From NCBI RefSeq assembly GCF_006345805.1, contig NC_043014.1, positions 27,776,001-27,840,000 on the forward strand: a DNA stretch of 64,000 bases. Direction: 5' to 3'. This document shows, one piece after another, positions 35,521 through 48,449 of the stretch (the stretch's first letter is position 1; each line of letters starts with the position of its first letter). Origin of the DNA: Octopus sinensis (Eukaryota). The notes below the pieces were generated by a model, which worked only from the letters and a program-made list of their open reading frames with translations, was not told where the DNA came from and searched no databases. A program made the position numbers and the translations under genes.

Positions 35521-37399
35521 TACGAGAAACATTTATATTGCAGAAGAGGGTTCTATGGAAGAGGAAAAGCTGAAAAAATTAAGTTTGATATTCAGAAAGT
35601 AACACGGAGATGTCTGTTTATATTGAATGTAACATAAATTCAACCATGAATTAACTACTAAGATTTTCTACGTAAATTAATAGAATTTAAGAACCCAGTT
35701 GAGACAGAAAAGAGACACACCCTCTGATGGGACAGACAGACTCTTCCAGACAATAAATATGTGGTTTGAATTTCATTAGTGAACTTGTTTTCTCGTCTTT
35801 TTTTTCTCAAACTGGTGCAAAATTCTGTCCGTCCATCCGGGACCACTGTATCTCAGTTTATATTTGCTCTACATAGATATATGTTATGTTTTTGGAGTCA
35901 GAATGAGCTTGGGATTGGAAACCTGCCCTTCATTTGATTCTTGAACATCCAGCATTGGGATCATGTTTGGATGAGGATTTGTTATATGCTAACAGTTGAA
36001 AATTCAAATTCAAAAAGAACTCAAAAAATTTGTAAATTTTCAAGTTTTTCGTTTAATACCATATTGGTAGGGTACCAATAAATGCTTTATTATTATTATT
36101 GCTCTCTAGTTTTGGGCCACAGACCCAGTTAGCATTCACAGGAGTGACCTCAAAAGTCTGCACAGAGGGCGTCATTTAAGCTAGTAACATATAAAATTAA
36201 ATCAAACAAGTTCAGAGAATTAAGGAACTATTGCACTGTCATGGTCAGTTTTTCCACAAGATGAATAGTTTTTTTTTTTTTAAATGATATATTTGTTTTA
36301 GATAGATGTACTATCTTTGCTATAACAACAGTAAAGCAAATTATATGTGATTGCTGGTGTACAACAGTTCATTTTACCTTTGATGCACAGGTACCCACCA
36401 CAAGATGGATACATGCTTCACCACAAGATATTCCCAACATAAATGTTCAATAAGATACACAGTTTAGAATAAGTTGGAAGAATTAAGCATAAATTAGTAG
36501 GGTAGGGTCAGGTCGGCCTGGATGCAGTTACCTTATTCTGAGGAGCAGAAGCTGTTATTGTAGTGACAATATATAGGATTAGGGAACACATTTAATATGT
36601 TATAAATGAAAGCCTTGAATAAAATACTTATGGTATTTAGCAAAATTCCATAAAGTTTTGAGTTCAAATCCTACTATGGTCAACTAATCACCCTTCAGGG
36701 TTGATAAAATAAAGTACTAGCCAAATTCTGTGGTCACTATATGTACTTGTATATTGTTGGCTGTTTCTTATGCCTTGAGATTTTCATTTTCTCTTTGTTG
36801 AAGAAAATATCACCAGGAAAAAATGGCATAGATTTGTTTCCACTGATGGAAGTGACCCACAGTCTATGATTTCAGGGCCATCCTATGCTGCACATGTAGA
36901 ATAAGACAATTAATATCAGGTGATAGAACTGCAATGGACTGACACTGATTAGGTTTTAGGCTCAAATGGCACATTCATAGCCACTCTGTTTAGTGTTACA
37001 TTCTTCCAGTTCAAAATTTTTGCATATTTATCATTATTGTTAAATATGTTGACTTGTTCTGCCATTGTGGTCTGGAGTAGTTATATGTGCATATAGAATA
37101 TAATCATTAGATATACAGTATATATATTGTTTTTGCATTGATGCTGGTGTAGCTTAGACATGTGTGAAGTATACTCTCATCACTTCATCTTTATATCTTA
37201 GGTTCTCACTGTAATATTTAACTTCCACTGTTATCTCATTTTCACTTAACACTTATCTGTTTGCATGAAATGCCTACACCAGTGCAGCCACCTCTCTTAT
37301 AGAGGTGTTGCCTTGATTATCCAGTTTGTTTGTGCTCTACCTTTCTTTAATATTAATGTGTTGCACAATCAGTGGATCATATACAATTTATTTCGTTTG

Positions 37400-37615
37400 A
37401 TCTTCCATATGCAACATAGTAGCCTCTAAACAGTCACTCAACTTGCTAGAAATAGCAGCCAGATTTCTTAAAATCATACCCTTGCATCTTATAAAAGAAT
37501 ACACTGGGCAGTGTGATCCAGAGTATACAATGCACTTCTTGAAAAATGAATAGATGGTCATGGCTAGAATATTTTTGATCATAGGCCCACTCAATCAGGG
37601 TTAAACAGCAACTAT
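37400..37615 (+). mobile_element. SINE-like repeat family C
   Basis: cttgctagaaatagcagcc...tgatcatagg...tcaatcaggg; related copies near 6545-6770, 38020-38130 (-) and 53685-53730. Confidence 0.55.
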
Positions 37616-38727
37616 AAATCTGCCAAACTTAATGTCCATATGTCATTACTATGTAAGATCAGGTTACTTGTATATCCTTCAGATATTCATTTTATATGTG
37701 AATGTATGTATTTAGCTTTACTCTGAAATAGTTTGGAGACTAAAATTTCCAAGGGAGAACATACAAGTCTACAATCGAAGGAACTTAAACTAAGCTTTGT
37801 CTTGGTCAGTAGAAAAATTCACCTGTAAATTTGTTGTTGACTATGATTTAAAGAATCATTTTGACTTACTTGGAGCAATAATGTGGATTTAAGATGTCAA
37901 ATGAATTGGATGATGTAGTTGTTTTGTATTTCCAAATCATTTCTTACTGAGCAGATCTATGATTAAAATCATTTCAGTTGTGTGCCCTCCCATCGTTTCC
38001 CTATATGCAAATAACTTAGGATTAGTGTGTCCTTTTTGTAAGATGGTGGAATGTGATTTGAAAGATTTGGCTGCTATCTCTGGCAGGTCATGCAATCATA
38101 TAAAGGCTCCCCTATTGGCTTGTTGATAATTTGGTCGAGCAGTTAGGTAGGTGGCTTAATGCCTTGAGTACATCTTGTCAGAGAAATGCATGTGTAACAA
38201 AGCATTTAATAGACTAGACTTCTCATCTGGTGGGGAGATATAATCACTTACTGTTTAACTCTTCCATAACAATATTTCTTATGAAATACTCTGTGTATTC
38301 CAATTAATATTTGAAAATAAGATTTTGGATGGGTTTTATTACCAAACTGTTGTTATTAAAGTTACATGTTTTTATCATAGAACCAACATCAGTATTGAAA
38401 GGGAACCTGGATATACTGCCTGTTTTTGCATTTCTAATAGAGTCAGTATGTCTTATTTACTTAATCTACTGAATATTGGGGTTGTTCAAATCTTGTTTTT
38501 CAGCAGATCAACATAAAGAAAAAAAATTAAAGGTATTGTATGAATATATGCATTTTACATAATAAATTGAATAAAGAAAAATTAACATCAAATGAAGGAT
38601 TTTTTTATTTTCTGAGAAAACGTACACACACACACACACACACATGCACAAACAAAATAGTTAAGAGAAATTACCTTGGCATTCTGCATGCACATACAAT
38701 ATAGATTCCTTTTTATATAATATATAA

Positions 38728-39598
38728 CTGAAAAGTTCATAGGCTGACCAAGATACTCTCATGGAATATGACCAAATGAGGTTCATCTTGAGCAAGTTGG
38801 TATAGTACTCTCCTTTGATGGTGTGGTCCTTTTTAAGATAGTCAATAAACACATAATGAAATGCCAATGAAATGACCTTGGCCTCCTTTGGAGCAATTGA
38901 GGAAGAATGTTTTCAATGAATGGACTGTCTCTTTCTCTTTGGCTCAATGTGATGATGCCAACACTCATCCTGGTTAGGAAACATTCAAGGAAACCAGCTG
39001 GATCTGCCTAAAACAATGTCAGATTTTGTTGTGATGTGATCAGCCTGGTGCACATTTTGATCAGGTGTCGGCTGTGGCATTTGCCAAGCAGAAACCTCCA
39101 TCATGTCATATTTATCGGGCAGAATATTCTCAACTCTCACACAGGACATGCTAATAGTATTGGCTACTTGATTTATTATCAATTGCTTGTCATCCATCAC
39201 CATATGGTGAACACAATGTTTTCTTCAGTGGTAGCAGTTGCAGGACATCCAGATGTTGGGTCATCTTCAAGACTATCTTTATCCATCCTAAATTCAGCTG
39301 CCCTCTTTTTTACTGTTGATAAAGCTAGAGTGTCATCCCCTAATGTAGCAACCATGTCAGCATGAATGTCCTTGGGAACTAGACCCTTTTCTGGAGGTTC
39401 TTGATAATACCACAATACAAAATTTTGTCCATTTTTCAAGAGAAATTGCTACTAGTTACTTTTGAAGTCTTCCTTGAATTGTCAGGTCTCAGCTTACCTG
39501 GAAAGAAACAATGCAGTTATTAATAAGGAGTTGAAATTAATGTATGCAAGATTTCAAAGTTTTAACATCATTCCTATGAACTTTCCAGCCCACCCTTG
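38728..39598 (-). mobile_element. Internally deleted mariner (irritans/Hsmar2-like)
   Basis: TIR cctatgaactttccagcccacccttg|TA (39573-39600) and partial ctgaaaagttcatagg (38728). HTH fragment GLVPKDIHADMVATLGD..STVKKRAAEFR..EDDPTSGCP; catalytic C-terminus missing. Confidence 0.8.
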
Positions 39599-40311
39599 TA
39601 GTATAATGTTGATTTACTAAGATCTTTACAATGAGAAGGCAAAAGCTCCCAGAGGTTGTTTTAAAATGGGGAGATAACTAATATGAGCTATTCCAAATTT
39701 TAGGAACATTTTTTAAAATGCAGTCAGGAGTGGATCTTGTCTTTAAGCCAACTGGCAAAAGCAACAGACATGCTTTGATCTTGTGAGATCTCATCAACAG
39801 TAAAACATGTGGGTTTGTGTGTGAGCACTTATAAATATATACATACACACACACACATAATCATTATTGTTTTAATGGCTACTTTTCTGTGCTTGCTTAG
39901 AAAGAGTATATAAGGAAGAGATTTCTATGGCCAGATGCTCTTCCTGATGCCAACACTCACCTGTTTCCAAGTTAAGAAATGCTCTTTCAGTCTATAAACA
40001 ACTTGGACATGTTTACATGGAGAACTGAAAACAAAATGACACCAAAATGAGTGTTTTGTTTACAATGGTTGGGTAACATGCTTTTTTAGTGGACTACAAA
40101 CAGATGACATTGTTAATGAAGCCATTGTTTACAAACCAATGAATGAACACATGTATAAACTTGAGAAATACAAACTCATTCTCACAAACACACATGTACA
40201 TGATGAACTTCTTTCAATTTGCATCTATCAATTCCACTAACAAGGCTTTGGTTGACCTGAGACTATAAGATGCTATGCAGTGGTTGGGAAATGAACTTCT
40301 TAACAACACAG

Positions 40312-40352
<41 letters not shown>

Positions 40353-41062
40353 CATATGGATAACTTGTGCAAGTGTCTTCTAATACAGTTCCAGGTCAGT
40401 CAAATCCTTGTGTGTGGATTTTATAGACATAACCTGAAGCAAGCCCATCATGAGCCAAGCACTCTAACCACTTCTCCACGTGTCTTCACCGTTCTTTACC
40501 ATTCTACCTATCCACCACCAGAATATTGCTATCACATCAAGAACAAAAAGTGCCAATATATAATTTGGTGAAATATTGACCTCTTCCTATTAAAATGTCA
40601 ATGTGTAGAAGAAAATACTATATATTACGCTGACATATTCACAAATAATACTGCAATATGGTACATGTGATTTAATTACTTCACCAGTGCAGTAGCTCTT
40701 TCCATCAACTGAAAGATACAACTGCATTCTCCAAATATATTTGAACATCCAAAAATAGAAATAACTACAAACATTACATTGGTGAGCCATGACAAAACCT
40801 GTAGTAATGGTTGAAAGCTTTACAATTTCTGTCTTACAGAGAGAAACTCCATATCATTTGACACTCGGTTTCTTCTTACCAACACATTCCAAAAATCCTC
40901 ATTAACTAAAATGTAAGCCTCCTGGGGCATATTAAATGGCATAGACAATGTAACCAGTTAAGATCCCTTTTCCATAAACTTTTTCTCATCCTGCTTGTTT
41001 GTAGTGAACTATATACTTAGATGTATAAAACCTTCAAGTAAAAATTTTGTAATCATTTAGGT

Positions 41063-41369
41063 TGGCGATTCTCAACCATTTCTTATCTATGAACCCCTTT
41101 TATTACTATTTTTTTTTTATTTTGGTGGATCCCCATAGCCATTTGATGTTTAGAGACTTCTTTCCAAATTCCTATTTTGTTTTTCATACATTAACTTGTG
41201 TAGGTTGAACTATATAAAATAGAGAATGAAACCCAGCTGTTTCTTGCAATGAATACATCTAAATCAAAATTTTTTGTGGACTCTTAAAGTACTACTTCGG
41301 ACTCCCTATATACAATTTTGTGAGCATGAACCCCAAAAATGTTACATGGACCCCAGTTAAAAACCAGTG
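41063..41369. mobile_element. hAT (Buster/Charlie-type) MITE, old
   Basis: Degenerate TIRs tggcgattctcaacc and agttaaaaaccagtg. Flanks atttaggt and atttagac (6/8 match, central TA). Confidence 0.5.
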
Positions 41370-41609
41370 ATTTAGACATTACATTAAGTTTCATTCCTAT
41401 ATATTTTTCTCTCTTACTTTTCTTTGATAAGGTGTAATTCAAAACATTAACTGCTTTTCCATTTATTTTCATTGTGCACGGAGTGTCTTGTTTTATTTCT
41501 CTACACGTTTCCCACCACATGTTTTACTTGTTTAATTTCATATTTTATTTATTGTTTGTCTCCTCTTTACCTTACACTCTTCCTGGTTTTATTTGTGAGT
41601 TTTTAACTA

Positions 41610-41925
41610 TCATTATCATCATGTTAACATCCATTTTCCATACTGGCATGGGTTGGATGGTTTGACTGGAGCTGGTAAGGCCAGGAGCCACACCAGGCTT
41701 CATTGTCTGTTCTGGCATAGTTTCTATAGTTGGATGCCCTTCCTAATGCCAACCACTCCACAGTGTACTGCATTCTTTTTATGTGGTACCAGCACTGGTA
41801 TCAGTTCTGCTATGGCAGATGGGTATTCTTAAGTACAGCAACACACCAGATATCTTGGTCCTTTGGCATCTCCTTTGTAAGGCTCAGTGTCTTGAGATCG
41901 ACCTTCAATACTTTGTCCTATATAT
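41610..41925 (-). mobile_element. RTE LINE 3' end with (ATG)n-like tail
   Basis: Minus strand KVLKVDLKTLSLTKEMPKDQDIW..., then 3' UTR and an atgatgataatgat tail. Confidence 0.65.
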
Positions 41926-43639
41926 ATATAAAACATGAAGGAATATGGATTTGAAATCTGGGCAGATACCTTATGAGCAATCTGATACAATTGCTTCACC
42001 CACCTGTACAGGTAACACTTTGAATTATGCTGCATAGGATTGTCCACCTTTAGATTCAAATGTGTTGCTATATAAACCAACTAAATGCACATAAGTGCTA
42101 TATCAAAGGACACTTATCCAGCAAAAACACGTGTTAGAGTGGAGTATGAAGAAAATACTTTAATAAATAAACTTGAAATCAATAGACAGTAGCTGACCAA
42201 GAGAAGCACAAGAGCTTTTAAGGATGCATTCTGGGGCATTTGCCCAAACAAAACTGTGTGTGTGTATGTATGTTTATATATACACACACCTTGCATAGCA
42301 TTGACTCACTATAGCATTCTTTTCAGTTGGACAATAGTGAGTGAGACTCATGGAAATTTCATAGTTTATAAAATTTTTTGTTATGCTGATGCATAAATTT
42401 ATATACCTTCATAGCATTGTTTCATTAGGTTGAATAGATTTATGATAATGAGCTCGACATTGGCTAAAAATTATTGAGAAAAAAAAATGATTTATTTTGA
42501 TATTGTATCATAGGACCACCAGATTTGTTTCTGACATATTCTTGAGTGAATATTCTTCAAATTAATTAACTATTCTTCATTCTTGTTTTATACTCATTTC
42601 CTTTCTTGAAGTTCTTCATGACACTCTGTCTGCTGTGCTTCCCTCTCTCTCTCTCTCAGTTGTCACATATAATCATCTCACTGTTCACCATCCATTTTCT
42701 CTCTACATATCTGTTGAATTTCTCTTCCATGCTGAAGGTACTATGTACATTAGTGTTCAGTATATTAATACTTTCCTGTTGGTTTTTTTTTAAACTTTCT
42801 CTACTCTATAGTTTTTGTCTTTCTTGCTTTTCGCCCCTATTGTCTTATCCTTTTTCTTGTGACCTCAAGTCTTCTTTATTGTCTTATAGTAAATGTTATT
42901 TAAATGCGAAGTGAAAATTGTGTTGCTGCAAAACATTTGTAGAAGTGTAAAAATATAATAAAAGATTAGACTTGTTATTCCAGGGAATTTAAATGGGTGA
43001 AAATGTTTTTGTAAAATATGTGACTGATTTCCTAGAGTTTTCCTTGAAAATGAAATTATGGAGGGATGTAAGAAACTATTGTAGCAAACAATAAGATTTG
43101 GATAAGTTGAATATGTGATGATTTATTCCTCTCATTATAAAAATGAGATTGCCAAAAGAGAATAATGATTATATTACAGTATGGAACAAAGATTTAAATG
43201 ACTTCAGTTCTGCTGGGTCTGTTGATGTGGTCTGCTGTCTGTTGTGGTAATGATTAAAACCAGAGAAGACTGGTTGAAGAAAGCTGTGTGATAGGCTGGT
43301 GTCTGGTTCATTGACATTGGTCCAAAGAGACGTGTGTGGTCAATGGCTGCTGCCAAAGACCAAGCGAGGCAAAATACAATGGTTTTTATAACCTTGGTTA
43401 AGCTCCAGAGACAAAGTGGTCTTTCCTGTGTTGAAAACAAACTGCTGCAAACACATGATTGGACAGTTAGTAATTGACCAATATATGCAACTAGTTTGGC
43501 AACCCACTGGATCATGTGACTAAATGGAAAGAAAAGGTCTGGTGAGCCCATTCTGCAGTGTTTAAGCTTAAACAACCAAACATAAAAGCATTACACATTT
43601 CTGTTACACCCTCATACATTCACATTTTTCACATGATTT

Positions 43640-44560
43640 TTACTCATCATGAGTGGAAAATAACCTGCAATTCTAAATGCTGAAAATTCATCTAAACTGT
43701 CAAAAGCATCCTACTAGATGTGAAATTGCAAATGTTGAAGTGATTGGAAATTTGCAAGCATCAGGCATATAATGGGCCACTTCAGCTGTTATAACCATCA
43801 TGAAGAACTTGGACAACAATTATTAGCAAAGATGACTCATTAAAAGTTTTTCTTTGAAAGATGTTGACTATATTGGTGGACAACAAAATGCAATGAAACA
43901 TTAATAGAAAAAGCAAGTAGCATTTTCAGGCACTTACAAGAAGGAAAATTTAGAAGCATTCACTGCTATTAGAGGTTAGACTGATAGATCCAGAGGCATA
44001 ACTAGCACAGCATCTGCATCTGGCAAAGCTGCAAATACAGACAACCAGACAGCCAAAGAATGTCTTTTTAAGTGTATCATGAAACATGATCAGAGAAGCA
44101 TGCACTACCTTTCTGGAATTTGAAGATCAAAATAATTCCAGCAGTCACCAATAACATTATAAAGTCTCATAGTTTATCTATTGAAGAAGTAGAACAGTAA
44201 CATTTCCAAAATGGGTCTGAAGACCAGTGTAGAGTCAGTAACACCAAGAAGAATTGTTCCCCAATTACATTGTCACTAAGATTACAGAAATTGCAGACCT
44301 AATACCTGAGAATAACCTTACCTAGGAACACAGCAGCAAAGTAAGGAGGCCTGTTCTGGACATGATACCCTGTTTCTGCAAACAGAGAAGATTCAAGAAA
44401 ACAAAGACATTAAATATTCTTCAAAATGTGCCTGGGTCTTGTCTCAAATATAGCACCTTCCATGCTTTTTCACACTGCTGCTTTTCAAGTGAATTTATGG
44501 CAAGTAGGTCTATGTACTTGTTAAAGTTGATTAATTTGACCTGTTGAATTTTTAACAGCA
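43640..44560 (+). mobile_element. Tigger/pogo (CENP-B-like) transposase fossil
   Basis: LLDVKLQMLK (cf. ITLEVKLEIIK) and FTAIRG*TDR..GKAANTD..AKE (cf. FTASRGWF.RF..GEAASAD..AA); highly decayed, boundaries approximate. Confidence 0.5.
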
Positions 44561-44804
44561 TTAAATCAAATTTTACTAATTTTATCGTAACTTTAGATCA
44601 CACTGAGGTTATCTAAAGCTATTTGGAAGGTGTGGCAGTGTGACACTGGATTCTCTAGATTTTTTAACACTTTATTTTCATATCACTGTTAGGAATAATC
44701 TATCAAGCTTGTCTCTGTTTATATTATGTTAATGACCTCATTTAGTGCTACATTTTTTAGGAATGTATCAACCAGATTATTACTGTATATGTGTAAGTGC
44801 CACC

Positions 44805-44945
44805 AAGGCTGTGTGGCTAAGAAGTTTGGTTCTCAACCATGTGGTTTTTGGTTCAGTCCCACTGGGCAAGTGCCTGCTTCTGTAACTGTTACGAAAACCA
44901 TATGAGTGGATTTGGTTGATGGAAACTTAAAAGAAGCCCATATAT
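44805..44945 (+). mobile_element. SINE family A, 5' part
   Basis: ggctgtgtggctaagaag...ggttcagtcccactg...aaacttaaaagaagccc. Confidence 0.65.
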
Positions 44946-45220
44946 ATGTGTGTAGATAGATAACTAGATGTGTGTGCATGTAATTATATGAATGAAGTGT
45001 ATATATGCATTTGAAGTGCAATACCTTCAGCTGGAACCCTAACAGTATGTACATGTGGTATTTTAGAAGAGTAAAAATTCCATACTTCTGCAATTTATAT
45101 ATCTGTTGCATTTACACCATGGATAATATAGTGTGAAGAGACATAGCTGAAAGTTGACTGCATGTGGAATCAGGTTTAAGCATTAGTTGATTTCAATAGA
45201 AAAAGTATTTAATAAATATA

Positions 45221-45590
45221 GTGCAGGTGTGGCTGTGTGGTAAGAAGCTTGCTTCCCAACCACATTTCTGGGCTCAGTTCCACTGTGTGGCACTTTAGTC
45301 ATGTGTCTTCTACTACAGCCTAGGGCTGACCAAAGATTTGTGAGTGGATTTGGTAGACAAAAACTGAAAGAAGCCTGTCATATATATATATATATGTGTG
45401 TGTATATCTGTGTTTGTCCCTCCACCAATGCTGGTGTGTTTACGTTCCCATAACTTAGTGGTTTGGCAAGAGACTGATAGAATAAGTACCAGGCTTTAAA
45501 AAAAATAAGTAATGGAGTTGATACATTTGACTAAAAATTCTAGAAGGCAGTGCCCCAGCATGGCTGAGACCAGTAAAAGATAAAAGATAG
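45221..45590 (+). mobile_element. SINE family A, near full length
   Basis: gtgcaggtgtggctgtgtggtaagaagcttgcttcccaacc...taaaagataaaagatag. Confidence 0.8.
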
Positions 45591-46899
45591 GATGTACATG
45601 TAATATTTGACAAAGAAAATGTGGACAATCAAATGCTTCATAACAATTGAGAATGTGTTGGATTTTCACTGTGTGAGATGTGAATTTGAAAGACACTTAG
45701 ATAAGTTAGAGGTAGACATTTTATTCGTAGACATGCACATAATCTGGAATGCTCATCATGTCTATAAACATGTAACGTAAATGTGTGTGTCTTCATTTGA
45801 CATCCATTTTTTTTGTGCTGGCATGGGTTAGATGGTTTGACAAGATTCAACAGGTCAGAGGTCGACATTGAATTCCAGTATCTATTTCAGCATAATTTCT
45901 GGATGATTTTATTTATGCAGAGTGCACTGGGTGTGTTTATCATTGCACCAGCACTAGTGAGGTTGCCAAGTAAATTGCAAGACAGAAAATGATCCCTCAG
46001 TGGAGTGAAGTTGGAGTAGAGAGGGAGGTGGCTTTATGCCAGGTGTTGAGAGGTTAAAGTATGATAGAGGGATAGACACAAGAGTCTTACTATAGAGGAG
46101 ATACATATCTACCTTACACTATAAAAGGATGGGAAGGAGTAATGATAGTAGTGATGAGGTGTCCATGTAAAGAGTCAAAGAAATGAGTATAAGAGAGAAT
46201 ACGGACAAGATTGTGAAGTGGGGGGTAAGTTCATTAGAGTGCGAGAGGAAAGTGACAGATGGTTAGACAGAGATAGAGGTGAATGGAACAAGGGTGGAGG
46301 TATGGTCAATGGTAAATATCAGTACAGGGTGGAAAGTGAAAGAAATAGAGGCTCGGGAAGGTGATAAGTGGCAGTCCTGGAAGGGTGGAGAACACCCATT
46401 TAATAAACCTGTAGATGAGTCAGAAAATAGGAAGACAATTGGGTGTAGCAAATGTCAGAGGTATGTAGAGATGGCTGTAGTGAGTGGGAGTAGGCTATTA
46501 ATAGCAAATATGAGGGAATGATAGTAGGAAAGAAAGTGTTGAAGATGAGGTATAGCAGCTAAGATGTAGCTCAGAGAAGAGGGAGAGTTAATTGGAAATA
46601 CAAAATGGAGCAATCAGTGGGAAGGGATGACATTGAGAATGAGCAATAGATTTTGGAAGAGTGGGGAAATAACTGGTAGTACAAAGAGAAGATATTCTGC
46701 TCTCATGGGATTACAGCAACTGAATAGTGCTGTTGGGAAGAGTGCAGGGGGTAGGGTCCAGTGAATATGCAGATATATGCTTTTAGGACCTTGAGAAGGT
46801 CTTCTCAAGTGCAGTGAATTGCCAATCATCTTGATCCTTTGTTGTCTCCTCCATGAAGCCAAACATCTTGAGTTCAGCCTTCCCTACTTCATCATATGT

Positions 46900-48400
46900 C
46901 TTTCTGTTTCCCTCTTCCACAAGTTCTATCCACATTTAGCAATTAGTACTTCTTTATACAGCTGTTCTCATTCATACATACCAGCACAGTCTTCTCTCTT
47001 GCACATTGCTTCTGATTCCTCTTATGGTCAATCTTAGCACTTTGTCATACATGAACATTGATGTTTCACAGCCAACTATCTTAATTCCTTTCTAGTCTTT
47101 GCATATCTTCTACATTCAGGGCCCCGTGTCTCATAATCATGTAGCATGTTGTTTGCACACAAGTATCTACAATCTGCCTTTCACTCTATGAGAGACCATG
47201 TTTTATCAACAGAAGTAACAGCTTGCAGAACTTTCTTAATACTGTTCATATTCTTGCAACTATACTTTCAAAACATCCTGACTTACTGTTAATTAGGTGA
47301 CCTAAGAACAGAAATTAGCTACTACCTTTGGAGAAGCTCTTGAGCATTTGAGAGCCATATACAAAGTCTAGTTTTTCTGAGATTCCACTGCACCTTTGTG
47401 TCTGCAGCTTGCATTGAGTACACTATATGAAATTTCTATCTACACCTTTCCAACATATTGAGCAGGGTCATTTTCCTAAAGGGAGTAGAGACCTGTCTAT
47501 TTTCTTATCACTAGAAATTTTGGTCCTAGCTAAATTAACTTTAAGGTCCTTTGATTTCAGGTCTTGCTTCTACATCAAGAATTTCTGTTTTAGGAATGAG
47601 GTTATCAGCATATAGTAGTTCCCGAGGGCAACTAGTCTTAAATTTCTCTCGTGGCTGGGAAGGCTGTATTAAATAGAAGACTGAGATCTGAACCCCAGTG
47701 AACTCCTACTCATACTCTAAATTTGTTGCTAACTCTCAGTTCACTAATAGCACTCCTGTACATGACTCTTAAGCTATTTGTCTAACCCTAGCTCTCACAG
47801 AAACCAATAGATCACAAGAAGCACCCCATCAGAATCACTAAGTGCAATACCATTTTCCAACAGTACATACTGCTCATCCACAAATCTGGTTTCTCTCTGA
47901 TAGCCCATCTTTGCTATAAGAAACACTTCACATTACAGAGCATTTGCAAACCTCTTACATTCTGCTTCTCCCTTTGCAATGTACACCTGATATAATTATT
48001 TGCTGCCTCCTTTTCCAGTCTTTCCAAGCCTGTCTCTTTAATGATTGTCCACCACCACATTATCTTTGGTCTGACGAACTTTGCACCAGCCACAGGTTTG
48101 TCTGTCACTCAGTAAGTTATCTCAAAAGACATCCAGTCCTCTATCTCCTTCTCAACAAATACTTCAACTACTACCTCAATTTCTGACTGTTCAATGGACC
48201 TTTAAGTTTCCATATCTTCCTTTTCCAGACTGGTTTGTGTCAGCCCTTTTAGCTCTATGTCTGAACTCACTAGTCACTACCTTGTTATTTCATATTCAGA
48301 CTCATGTCCTGAACAGAACAAAACTTGTATGGTAGTGGTATAGATGGCCACTGTTCAATAACATCATCCTAAAGAACATGCAATTGAGCAGAAGTTCTTT
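46900..48400 (-). mobile_element. Old RTE LINE fragment (RT and C-terminus)
   Basis: Minus strand ..ALNVEDMQRLERN.. plus RT remnants; heavily interrupted. Confidence 0.55.
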
Positions 48401-48449
48401 GAGATAGAGCACTCTCAGAAGGAATGTGACTCGATGCACTCATACATCA

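Noticed and set aside
37823-37950. Minus-strand donor GTAAGT at 37869 with acceptor at 37823
   Set aside because: The implied intron is only 47 nt and splicing gives an immediate stop.
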